This document shows positions 24,924-37,300 of a stretch of 61,423 nt of DNA, in pieces. The notes beneath the pieces are model-generated. The model ran no database searches and was not told the origin of the DNA. It worked only from the letters and a program-made list of their open reading frames with translations. The stretch comes from Nemertoderma westbladi (lineage: Eukaryota; Animalia; Xenacoelomorpha): assembly GCA_032718475.1 (NCBI GenBank), contig JAUCBJ010001685.1, positions 1-61,423 on the forward strand, given 5' to 3'. A program made the position numbers and the translations under genes. How positions within the stretch are numbered: position 1 is the stretch's first letter; every line of letters starts with the position of its first letter.

Positions 24924-25126
24924 CTAACCACCTTAGTTAAAAATAACAACTAAATGAGACCAATGATCTAATTCTAACCACCTTAGTTAAAAATAACAAC
25001 TAAATGAGACCAATGATCTAATTCTAACCACCTTAGTTAAAAATAACAACTAAATGAGACCAATGATCTAATTCTAACCACCTTAGTTAAAAATAACAAC
25101 TAAATGAGACCAATGATCTAATTCTA
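24924..25126. repeat. 50-bp tandem repeat, 4 perfect copies
   Basis: CTAACCACCTTAGTTAAAAATAACAACTAAATGAGACCAATGATCTAATT; period 50 (24931, 24981, 25031, 25081). Confidence 0.97.
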
Positions 25127-25339
25127 GAACATTCATATTATATCTCAATTTTAACTGAAAGTTAGAAAAGGCAAAACAATCTTGAAAAAAGGCTAGATAA
25201 AAAGCTTGCAAAAAAGCTAGAGAAAAAGCTCAAAAAAAAGCTTCAGAAAAGCTCAGAATACCTCACATAAAAAAGCAGCGCGGAAACGGCCCTTTACTGA
25301 ATTATTGTCAATTAATTTAATTTTGTTTATTTATTTTAG

Positions 25340-25459
25340 AATTGTACTGAGTTTATAGTGCTACACCTGGGTTACCTAGACTACCCGAAATATTTAATAA
25401 CGGCGGATTTTTACGAACTTTCGAGCATAGACTACGAAATGACCGACGTTACATTTAGG
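25340..25459 (+). CDS. TMEM181: TMEM181 exon 4 (absent from the ORF track)
   Basis: TTTTAG|AAT...AGG|GTGAGT, 120 nt, phase 0/0. Encodes NCTEFIVLHLGYLDYPKYLITADFYELSSIDYEMTDVTFR, matching TMEM181 C.EIIV.HLGYL.Y..Y. Confidence 0.92.
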
Positions 25460-25468
25460 GTGAGTACG

Positions 25469-25537
25469 GTTGCCATAGATACTGTGAGGTAAACAATAAA
25501 CAGATATACGATTGCCATAGATACAGTTCGGTAAACA
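25469..25537. promoter_or_regulatory. Two tandem X-box (RFX)-like plus forkhead-like modules
   Basis: GTTGCCATAGATAC (25469) with GTAAACA (25489), and ATTGCCATAGATAC (25511) with GTAAACA (25531). A third module is at 27449/27469. Motif match only. Confidence 0.4.
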
Positions 25538-25597
25538 AATAGAGACCACGTGAAGAATACCAGAGTTTCTGCCGTTATATTTCACTTTGCAGATACC

Positions 25598-27430
25598 CCA
25601 TATGAAGAATACCAGGTTTTCACCAAAAACACAGGTTACAGAAGGGGTGAATATAACCAAAACAATAAACGAATTAGTATATGTACAGGTTATAAGACAG
25701 AAATAAGTCATATAAAACACTTAAGGGGGGGGTACACCCCCCTATGGACCTTTTTTGCAAATGGCTATAATTTCTGCTTGTGTGTAATTTTGTATATTTT
25801 ATACCTTTCGGAGGATTAACATATGGCCAAAGATTGGGTTCAAAAAAAAATTTTTCAAATTTGCGTCGCCCTCTAGCGGCCACCAGCGAAATTGTTAATT
25901 TCACTAAAAACACTACTAGTCTCACAATTTTGAGCGAAAATTTTCGAAACTTGGTTTTTCTGAATCAGCATCCTTGGCTCCACAAAACTTATCGGTTACA
26001 TTTTTTATTTAGGCCTTAAATATTTTTAAATGTTATTAACTAATATTAATTATTACTTAATAGATATTAACTAATTTCAAGAAATTAATATGGCACAATT
26101 CAAAATTCTAACCGATAACTTTTGATCAAAACCCGAAAAGAAATCAAACAAAAAAAAAAATTCGAAAATTGGTTAAGAAATGGCTGAGTAGTAGTATTTT
26201 GAATGTGAAAAATACAATTCCGAGATAAACGCATTTAAAGTTTAAGAACAATATATTTCAAATGTTCCCGCTATTTTCAGTACTGGTATCTCCTTTTATT
26301 TTTTCCATTGGTTATCCCCTATCCATATTTTGTGATTTCTCAATGGATTTCATGAAATTTGGTTCAAAAAAACCCCTACCCACTTTTAACAACCTGTTAA
26401 AATAATTTTAGAGTGCTTTCCAAAAAACACTTCGCGCAGCACGTGAACAAATTACATTTTGGCGTATTGATTTGATCGCATACTTTTTAGTCATTAGTAA
26501 TAAATAGTCATGGAATAATGAGATAACCTTAAGAAACATTCAAAATTATATAAAAATTTCCACATAATTTTATAATAAGCCTTTACACAGAACATTAAGC
26601 TTTGTGCAGCACGTGAAACCTTCGCGCAGCACGTGAGACATTTGCGCAGCAGGTGAAGGTTTCACGTAGAACTTAAATTCTTCATAAAGCACGTTAATTA
26701 ATCGAGCACCTCGGAAAGCTTTTTGATCAGAATGAGAAGCCTTCACGCGGCACATGAAAAGTTCATGCTGCACATGAAGACTTCGCGCAGCACGTGAATT
26801 ATTCTCAGAGCCTGCGGAATTTAAAAAAAATAGATTTATGGTTGTTTCCCAGAATAATTATTACTAGCTATTGTTATATGATGGTTCACATTTGTTATTA
26901 CTAGTAGACAACTAGTCCATTAGACAACTGTTCAATATTTAATACAAAACTCACAAATATCTATTAAATATATATTAATTAAAATTTGACGGACATGTTG
27001 ACAGACAGACAGACATACAAACAGACAGACAAACTTAGAGACAGACTGAGATACAGACATAGTGTGATTAGATAATTCCAAACATTAAAACAGACATCGA
27101 CATTAAGAAAAATCCTAACAGTAAACATTTCAGATTGCTTATTTTATGCCCTTTTTAATATTTCGATGGACAGACAGACAGACATACAGACGGAAAACCA
27201 GCCATTACTCGAGAAGTAAAAGAGATCTCGCTAAGCCGTTTCCAGATTTGAATTCCGCATTAAATTCTACTCTAGATGAAATAAAAAAACAAAAAATGAA
27301 AATTTTGACCTGAGGGGGGGTGTACCCCCCCCTTAATAAACATAAATTAAAAAAAATAAAAATCTTCATATATAAAATTCCAATAAAAAGTCGACCGAAA
27401 AGTGAAATCCTGGTATTCTTCACATATGGG
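25598..27430. mobile_element. Outer TIR element hosting the Kolobok-like insertion
   Basis: CCCATATGAAGAATACCAGGTTTTCAC at 25598 is the imperfect reverse complement of GTGAAATCCTGGTATTCTTCACATATGGG ending at 27430. An extra TGAAGAATACCAG lies at 25551. TSD not resolved. Confidence 0.6.
25725..27332. mobile_element. Non-autonomous Kolobok-like DNA transposon, 1.6 kb
   Basis: TTAA on both sides (25721-25724, 27333-27336) and TIR GGGGGGGGTACACCCCCC. A TTAA TSD with GG..CC ends fits Kolobok rather than piggyBac (CC..GG). Internal TTCGCGCAGCACGTGA and ACAG repeats; no transposase ORF. Confidence 0.8.
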
Positions 27431-28145
27431 CGACAAATACACTAAAGGGTTGTCATAGATATAATTAAGTAAACAAATATACCATTTTATTCTTCTACTA
27501 TACGATACGTGTTATACTTTTATACTCATTAATTTATTTTATTCTACAGTTCGGTCTACGTTTTGCCAATAGCGCTACGCTAAACTGAAAGTTAACTGCG
27601 TATTAAGGTTAACGCTTAATATTATTTAAGATAACAACAAACCTGCGCTAACAGATATATTAGTTTATCGATTGCTGTTCACAAAGGATTTTAGTTCACA
27701 ATTAATTAAGTGTGTTTGCAGCACCAAGCGTAGCAGCTTGTAAAAACACTTTTATATCTACTAAAGCTGTATTGGTTAATAAAGGATATTAGTTCAGACA
27801 ATTAAGTTTGTTTGTATGTACCAAGCGTAGCAGGAGCAGCGTGTAAGATAAATAAACTGTATTTATACAAATGCTATACATTTTATTGAATTATCCTTAC
27901 AATACAAAGCTAACCAATTGATCCTTATGGAGGCTACTCTTAGGATCTTACACTGGGGGCTACTATCTTATGGTTCCTTGTGACGGAGGCTACCATATGG
28001 ATCCTTATGGAGTCTACACTATAGATACTCTATTAATATCCAATAATTATTAATTATTGGTCTTGATAAATATGATAGATATCGTTCGCCGTGCCTGCGG
28101 CATTATCGTGCTGAATTTTACCCCCAATGTTATTATTCCCTTCAG

Positions 28146-28326
28146 TTTGTATCCTACAACCCGATGTTTACACAACTAGAGATTTGGTTTCGGTTTATTT
28201 TTCTCGTTCTCACCTTCATCGTGACCTGTCTGTTCGCACATTCCATGAAAAAGTTCCCGGTTCGAGATTGGTCTATCGAACAGAAATGGATGGCCATCCT
28301 ACTTCCTCTCCTGTTGTTGTACAACG
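28146..28326 (+). CDS. TMEM181: TMEM181 exon 5
   Basis: CCCTTCAG|TTT...AAC G|GTAAGT (phase 1). Encodes FVSYNPMFTQLEIWFRFIFLVLTFIVTCLFAHSMKKFPVRDWSIEQKWMAILLPLLLLYN, the strongly conserved TMEM181 core, and joins exon 6 to rebuild the conserved YNDP. Confidence 0.96.
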
Positions 28327-31300
28327 GTAAGTCGTTTACTGTGGCCATCCTACTTCCTCTCATGTTGTTGTACAACGGTAAGTCGTTTACTGTGGCCATC
28401 CTACTTCCTCTCCTGTTGTTGTACAACGGTAAGTCGTTTACTGTGGCCATCCTACTTCCTCTCCTGTTGTTGTACAACGGTAAGTCGTTTACTGTGGCCA
28501 TCCTACTTCCTCTCCTGTTGTTGTACAACGGTAAGTCGTTTACTGTGGCCATCCTACTTCATCTCCTGTTGTTGTACAACGGTAAGTCGTTTACTGTGGC
28601 CATCCTACTTCCTCTCCTGTTGTTGTACAACGGTAAGTCGTTTACTGTGGCCATCCTACTTCCTCTCCTGTTGTTGTACAACGGTAAGTCGTTTACTGTG
28701 GCCATCCTACTTCCTCTCCTGTTGTTGTACAACGGTAAGTCGTTTACTGTGGCCATCCTACTTCATCTCCTGTTGTTGTACAACGGTAAGTCGTTTACTG
28801 TGGCCATCCTACTTCCTCTCCTGTTGTTGTACAACGGTAAGTCGTTTACTGTGGCCATCCTACTTCCTCTCCTGTTGTTGTACAACGGTAAGTCGTTTAC
28901 TGTGGCCATCCTACTTCCTCTCCTGTTGTTGTACAACGGTAAGTCGTTTACTGTGGCCATCCTACTTCCTCTCCTGTTGTTGTACAACGGTAAGTCGTTT
29001 ACTGTGGCCATCCTACTTCCTCTCCTGTTGTTGTACAACGGTAAGTCGTTTACTGTGGCCATCCTACTTCCTCTCCTGTTGTTGTACAACGGTAAGTCGT
29101 TTACTGTGGCCATCCTACTTCCTCTCCTGTTGTTGTACAACGGTAAGTCGTTTACTGTGGCCATCCTACTTCATCTCCTGTTGTTGTACAACGGTAAGTC
29201 GTTTACTGTGGCCATCCTACTTCCTCTCCTGTTGTTGTACAACGGTAAGTCGTTTACTGTGGCCATCCTACTTCCTCTCCTGTTGTTGTACAACGGTAAG
29301 TCGTTTACTGTGGCCATCCTACTTCCTCTCCTGTTGTTGTACAACGGTAAGTCGTTTACTGTGGCCATCCTACTTCCTCTCCTGTTGTTGTACAACGGTA
29401 AGTCGTTTACTGTGGCCATCCTACTTCCTCTCCTGTTGTTGTACAACGGTAAGTCGTTTACTGTGGCCATCCTACTTCCTCTCCTGTTGTTGTACAACGG
29501 TAAGTCGTTTACTGTGGCCATCCTACTTCCTCTACTGTTGTTGTACAACGGTAAGTCGTTTACTGTGGCCATCCTACTTCCTCTCCTGTTGTTGTACAAC
29601 GGTAAGTCGTTTACTGTGGCCATCCTACTTCCTCTCCTGTTGTTGTACAACGGTAAGTCGTTTACTGTGGCCATCCTACTTCCTCTCCTGTTGTTGTACA
29701 ACGGTAAGTCGTTTACTGTGGCCATCCTACTTCCTCTCCTGTTGTTGTACAACGGTAAGTTGTTTACTGTGGCCATCCTACTTCCTCTCCTGTTGTTGTA
29801 CAACGGTAAGTCGTTTACTGTGGCCATCCTACTTCCTCTCCTGTTGTTGTACAACGGTAAGTTGTTTACTGTGGCCATCCTACTTCCTCTCCTGTTGTTG
29901 TACAACGGTAAGTCGTTTACTGTGGCCATCCTACTTCCTCTCCTGTTGTTGTACAACGGTAAGTCGTTTACTGTGGCCATCCTACTTCCTCTCCTGTTGT
30001 TGTACAACGGTAAGTCGTTTACTGTGGCCATCCTACTTCCTCTCCTGTTGTTGTACAACGGTAAGTCGTTTACTGTGGCCATCCTACTTCCTCTCCTGTT
30101 GTTGTACAACGGTAAGTCGTTTACTGTGGCCATCCTACTTCCTCTCCTGTTGTTGTACAACGGTAAGTTGTTTACTGTGGCCATCCTACTTCCTCTCCTG
30201 TTGTTGTACAACGGTAAGTCGTTTACTGTGGCCATCCTACTTCCTCTCCTGTTGTTGTACAACGGTAAGTTGTTTACTGTGGCCATCCTACTTCCTCTCC
30301 TGTTGTTGTACAACGGTAAGTTGTTTACTGTGGCCATCCTACTTCCTCTCCTGTTGTTGTACAACGGTAAGTCGTTTACTGTGGCCATCCTACTTCCTCT
30401 ACTGTTGTTGTACAACGGTAAGTCGTTTACTGTGGCCATCCTACTTCCTCTCCTGTTGTTGTACAACGGTAAGTTGTTTACTGTGGCCATCCTACTTCCT
30501 CTACTGTTGTTGTACAACGGTAAGTCGTTTACTGTGGCCATCCTACTTCCTCTCCTGTTGTTGTACAACGGTAAGTCGTTTACTGTGGCCATCCTACTTC
30601 CTCTCCTGTTGTTGTACAACGGTAAGTCGTTTACTGTGGCCATCCTACTTCCTCTCCTGTTGTTGTACAACGGTAAGTCGTTTACTGTGGCCATCCTACT
30701 TCCTCTCCTGTTGTTGTACAACGGTAAGTCGTTTACTGTGGCCATCCTACTTCCTCTCCTGTTGTTGTACAACGGTAAGTCGTTTACTGTGGCCATCCTA
30801 CTTCCTCTCCTGTTGTTGTACAACGGTAAGTCGTTTACTGTGGCCATCCTACTTCCTCTCCTGTTGTTGTACAACGGTAAGTCGTTTACTGTGGCCATCC
30901 TACTTCCTCTCCTGTTGTTGTACAACGGTAAGTCGTTTACTGTGGCCATCCTACTTCCTCTCCTGTTGTTGTACAACGGTAAGTCGTTTACTGTGGCCAT
31001 CCTACTTCCTCTCCTGTTGTTGTACAACGGTAAGTCGTTTACTGTGGCCATCCTACTTCCTCTCCTGTTGTTGTACAACGGTAAGTCGTTTACTGTGGCC
31101 ATCCTACTTCCTCTCCTGTTGTTGTACAACGGTAAGTCGTTTACTGTGGCCATCCTACTTCCTCTCCTGTTGTTGTACAACGGTAAGTCGTTTACTGTGG
31201 CCATCCTACTTCCTCTCCTGTTGTTGTACAACGGTAAGTCGTTTACTGTGGCCATCCTACTTCCTCTCCTGTTGTTGTACAACGGTAAGTCGTTTACTGT

Positions 31301-34300
31301 GGCCATCCTACTTCCTCTCCTGTTGTTGTACAACGGTAAGTCGTTTACTGTGGCCATCCTACTTCCTCTCCTGTTGTTGTACAACGGTAAGTCGTTTACT
31401 GTGGCCATCCTACTTCCTCTCCTGTTGTTGTACAACGGTAAGTCGTTTACTGTGGCCATCCTACTTCCTCTCCTGTTGTTGTACAACGGTAAGTCGTTTA
31501 CTGTGGCCATCCTACTTCCTCTCCTGTTGTTGTACAACGGTAAGTCGTTTACTGTGGCCATCCTACTTCCTCTCCTGTTGTTGTACAACGGTAAGTCGTT
31601 TACTGTGGCCATCCTACTTCCTCTCCTGTTGTTGTACAACGGTAAGTCGTTTACTGTGGCCATCCTACTTCCTCTCCTGTTGTTGTACAACGGTAAGTCG
31701 TTTACTGTGGCCATCCTACTTCCTCTCCTGTTGTTGTACAACGGTAAGTCGTTTACTGTGGCCATCCTACTTCCTCTCCTGTTGTTGTACAACGGTAAGT
31801 CGTTTACTGTGGCCATCCTACTTCCTCTCCTGTTGTTGTACAACGGTAAGTCGTTTACTGTGGCCATCCTACTTCCTCTCCTGTTGTTGTACAACGGTAA
31901 GTCGTTTACTGTGGCCATCCTACTTCCTCTCCTGTTGTTGTACAACGGTAAGTCGTTTACTGTGGCCATCCTACTTCCTCTCCTGTTGTTGTACAACGGT
32001 AAGTCGTTTACTGTGGCCATCCTACTTCCTCTCCTGTTGTTGTACAACGGTAAGTCGTTTACTGTGGCCATCCTACTTCCTCTCCTGTTGTTGTACAACG
32101 GTAAGTCGTTTACTGTGGCCATCCTACTTCCTCTCCTGTTGTTGTACAACGGTAAGTCGTTTACTGTGGCCATCCTACTTCCTCTCATGTTGTTGTACAA
32201 CGGTAAGTCGTTTACTGTGGCCATCCTACTTCCTCTCCTGTTGTTGTACAACGGTAAGTCGTTTACTGTGGCCATCCTACTTCCTCTCCTGTTGTTGTAC
32301 AACGGTAAGTCGTTTACTGTGGCCATCCTACTTCCTCTCCTGTTGTTGTACAACGGTAAGTCGTTTACTGTGGCCATCCTACTTCCTCTCCTGTTGTTGT
32401 ACAACGGTAAGTCGTTTACTGTGGCCATCCTACTTCCTCTCCTGTTGTTGTACAACGGTAAGTCGTTTACTGTGGCCATCCTACTTCCTCTCCTGTTGTT
32501 GTACAACGGTAAGTCGTTTACTGTGGCCATCCTACTTCCTCTCCTGTTGTTGTACAACGGTAAGTCGTTTACTGTGGCCATCCTACTTCCTCTCCTGTTG
32601 TTGTACAACGGTAAGTCGTTTACTGTGGCCATCCTACTTCCTCTCCTGTTGTTGTACAACGGTAAGTCGTTTACTGTGGCCATCCTACTTCCTCTCCTGT
32701 TGTTGTACAACGGTAAGTCGTTTACTGTGGCCATCCTACTTCCTCTCCTGTTGTTGTACAACGGTAAGTCGTTTACTGTGGCCATCCTACTTCCTCTCCT
32801 GTTGTTGTACAACGGTAAGTCGTTTACTGTGGCCATCCTACTTCCTCTCCTGTTGTTGTACAACGGTAAGTCGTTTACTGTGGCCATCCTACTTCCTCTC
32901 CTGTTGTTGTACAACGGTAAGTCGTTTACTGTGGCCATCCTACTTCCTCTCCTGTTGTTGTACAACGGTAAGTCGTTTACTGTGGCCATCCTACTTCCTC
33001 TCCTGTTGTTGTACAACGGTAAGTCGTTTACTGTGGCCATCCTACTTCCTCTCCTGTTGTTGTACAACGGTAAGTCGTTTACTGTGGCCATCCTACTTCC
33101 TCTCCTGTTGTTGTACAACGGTAAGTCGTTTACTGTGGCCATCCTACTTCCTCTCCTGTTGTTGTACAACGGTAAGTCGTTTACTGTGGCCATCCTACTT
33201 CCTCTCCTGTTGTTGTACAACGGTAAGTCGTTTACTGTGGCCATCCTACTTCCTCTCCTGTTGTTGTACAACGGTAAGTCGTTTACTGTGGCCATCCTAC
33301 TTCCTCTCCTGTTGTTGTACAACGGTAAGTCGTTTACTGTGGCCATCCTACTTCCTCTCCTGTTGTTGTACAACGGTAAGTCGTTTACTGTGGCCATCCT
33401 ACTTCCTCTCCTGTTGTTGTACAACGGTAAGTCGTTTACTGTGGCCATCCTACTTCCTCTCCTGTTGTTGTACAACGGTAAGTCGTTTACTGTGGCCATC
33501 CTACTTCCTCTCCTGTTGTTGTACAACGGTAAGTCGTTTACTGTGGCCATCCTACTTCCTCTCCTGTTGTTGTACAACGGTAAGTCGTTTACTGTGGCCA
33601 TCCTACTTCCTCTCCTGTTGTTGTACAACGGTAAGTCGTTTACTGTGGCCATCCTACTTCCTCTCCTGTTGTTGTACAACGGTAAGTCGTTTACTGTGGC
33701 CATCCTACTTCCTCTCCTGTTGTTGTACAACGGTAAGTCGTTTACTGTGGCCATCCTACTTCCTCTCCTGTTGTTGTACAACGGTAAGTCGTTTACTGTG
33801 GCCATCCTACTTCCTCTCCTGTTGTTGTACAACGGTAAGTCGTTTACTGTGGCCATCCTACTTCCTCTCCTGTTGTTGTACAACGGTAAGTCGTTTACTG
33901 TGGCCATCCTACTTCCTCTCCTGTTGTTGTACAACGGTAAGTCGTTTACTGTGGCCATCCTACTTCCTCTCCTGTTGTTGTACAACGGTAAGTCGTTTAC
34001 TGTGGCCATCCTACTTCCTCTCCTGTTGTTGTACAACGGTAAGTCGTTTACTGTGGCCATCCTACTTCCTCTCCTGTTGTTGTACAACGGTAAGTCGTTT
34101 ACTGTGGCCATCCTACTTCCTCTCCTGTTGTTGTACAACGGTAAGTCGTTTACTGTGGCCATCCTACTTCCTCTCCTGTTGTTGTACAACGGTAAGTCGT
34201 TTACTGTGGCCATCCTACTTCCTCTCCTGTTGTTGTACAACGGTAAGTCGTTTACTGTGGCCATCCTACTTCCTCTCCTGTTGTTGTACAACGGTAAGTC

Positions 34301-37300
34301 GTTTACTGTGGCCATCCTACTTCCTCTCCTGTTGTTGTACAACGGTAAGTCGTTTACTGTGGCCATCCTACTTCCTCTCCTGTTGTTGTACAACGGTAAG
34401 TCGTTTACTGTGGCCATCCTACTTCCTCTCCTGTTGTTGTACAACGGTAAGTCGTTTACTGTGGCCATCCTACTTCCTCTCCTGTTGTTGTACAACGGTA
34501 AGTCGTTTACTGTGGCCATCCTACTTCCTCTCCTGTTGTTGTACAACGGTAAGTCGTTTACTGTGGCCATCCTACTTCCTCTCCTGTTGTTGTACAACGG
34601 TAAGTCGTTTACTGTGGCCATCCTACTTCCTCTCATGTTGTTGTACAACGGTAAGTCGTTTACTGTGGCCATCCTACTTCCTCTCCTGTTGTTGTACAAC
34701 GGTAAGTCGTTTACTGTGGCCATCCTACTTCCTCTCCTGTTGTTGTACAACGGTAAGTCGTTTACTGTGGCCATCCTACTTCCTCTCCTGTTGTTGTACA
34801 ACGGTAAGTCGTTTACTGTGGCCATCCTACTTCCTCTCCTGTTGTTGTACAACGGTAAGTCGTTTACTGTGGCCATCCTACTTCCTCTCCTGTTGTTGTA
34901 CAACGGTAAGTCGTTTACTGTGGCCATCCTACTTCCTCTCCTGTTGTTGTACAACGGTAAGTCGTTTACTGTGGCCATCCTACTTCCTCTCCTGTTGTTG
35001 TACAACGGTAAGTCGTTTACTGTGGCCATCCTACTTCCTCTCCTGTTGTTGTACAACGGTAAGTCGTTTACTGTGGCCATCCTACTTCCTCTCCTGTTGT
35101 TGTACAACGGTAAGTCGTTTACTGTGGCCATCCTACTTCCTCTCCTGTTGTTGTACAACGGTAAGTCGTTTACTGTGGCCATCCTACTTCCTCTCCTGTT
35201 GTTGTACAACGGTAAGTCGTTTACTGTGGCCATCCTACTTCCTCTCCTGTTGTTGTACAACGGTAAGTCGTTTACTGTGGCCATCCTACTTCCTCTCCTG
35301 TTGTTGTACAACGGTAAGTCGTTTACTGTGGCCATCCTACTTCCTCTCCTGTTGTTGTACAACGGTAAGTCGTTTACTGTGGCCATCCTACTTCCTCTCC
35401 TGTTGTTGTACAACGGTAAGTCGTTTACTGTGGCCATCCTACTTCCTCTACTGTTGTTGTACAACGGTAAGTCGTTTACTGTGGCCATCCTACTTCCTCT
35501 CCTGTTGTTGTACAACGGTAAGTCGTTTACTGTGGCCATCCTACTTCCTCTCCTGTTGTTGTACAACGGTAAGTCGTTTACTGTGGCCATCCTACTTCCT
35601 CTCCTGTTGTTGTACAACGGTAAGTCGTTTACTGTGGCCATCCTACTTCCTCTCCTGTTGTTGTACAACGGTAAGTCGTTTACTGTGGCCATCCTACTTC
35701 CTCTCCTGTTGTTGTACAACGGTAAGTCGTTTACTGTGGCCATCCTACTTCCTCTCCTGTTGTTGTACAACGGTAAGTCGTTTACTGTGGCCATCCTACT
35801 TCCTCTCCTGTTGTTGTACAACGGTAAGTCGTTTACTGTGGCCATCCTACTTCCTCTCCTGTTGTTGTACAACGGTAAGTCGTTTACTGTGGCCATCCTA
35901 CTTCCTCTCCTGTTGTTGTACAACGGTAAGTCGTTTACTGTGGCCATCCTACTTCCTCTCCTGTTGTTGTACAACGGTAAGTCGTTTACTGTGGCCATCC
36001 TACTTCCTCTCCTGTTGTTGTACAACGGTAAGTCGTTTACTGTGGCCATCCTACTTCCTCTCCTGTTGTTGTACAACGGTAAGTCGTTTACTGTGGCCAT
36101 CCTACTTCCTCTCCTGTTGTTGTACAACGGTAAGTCGTTTACTGTGGCCATCCTACTTCCTCTCCTGTTGTTGTACAACGGTAAGTCGTTTACTGTGGCC
36201 ATCCTACTTCCTCTCCTGTTGTTGTACAACGGTAAGTCGTTTACTGTGGCCATCCTACTTCCTCTCCTGTTGTTGTACAACGGTAAGTCGTTTACTGTGG
36301 CCATCCTACTTCCTCTCCTGTTGTTGTACAACGGTAAGTCGTTTACTGTGGCCATCCTACTTCCTCTCCTGTTGTTGTACAACGGTAAGTCGTTTACTGT
36401 GGCCATCCTACTTCCTCTCCTGTTGTTGTACAACGGTAAGTCGTTTACTGTGGCCATCCTACTTCCTCTCCTGTTGTTGTACAACGGTAAGTCGTTTACT
36501 GTGGCCATCCTACTTCCTCTCCTGTTGTTGTACAACGGTAAGTCGTTTACTGTGGCCATCCTACTTCCTCTCCTGTTGTTGTACAACGGTAAGTCGTTTA
36601 CTGTGGCCATCCTACTTCCTCTCCTGTTGTTGTACAACGGTAAGTCGTTTACTGTGGCCATCCTACTTCCTCTCATGTTGTTGTACAACGGTAAGTCGTT
36701 TACTGTGGCCATCCTACTTCCTCTCATGTTGTTGTACAACGGTAAGTCGTTTACTGTGGCCATCCTACTTCCTCTCCTGTTGTTGTACAACGGTAAGTCG
36801 TTTACTGTGGCCATCCTACTTCCTCTCCTGTTGTTGTACAACGGTAAGTCGTTTACTGTGGCCATCCTACTTCCTCTCCTGTTGTTGTACAACGGTAAGT
36901 CGTTTACTGTGGCCATCCTACTTCCTCTCATGTTGTTGTACAACGGTAAGTCGTTTACTGTGGCCATCCTACTTCCTCTCCTGTTGTTGTACAACGGTAA
37001 GTCGTTTATTGTGGCCATCCTACTCCTCTCCTGTTGTTGTACAACGGTAAGTCGTTTACTGTGGCCATCCTACTTCCTCTCCTGTTGTTGTACAACGGTA
37101 AGTCGTTTACTGTGGCCATCCTACTTCCTCTCCTGTTGTTGTACAACGGTAAGTCGTTTACTGTGGCCATCCTACTTCCTCTCCTGTTGTTGTACAACGG
37201 TAAGTCGTTTACTGTGGCCATCCTACTTCCTCTCCTGTTGTTGTACAACGGTAAGTCGTTTACTGTGGCCATCCTACTTCCTCTCCTGTTGTTGTACAAC

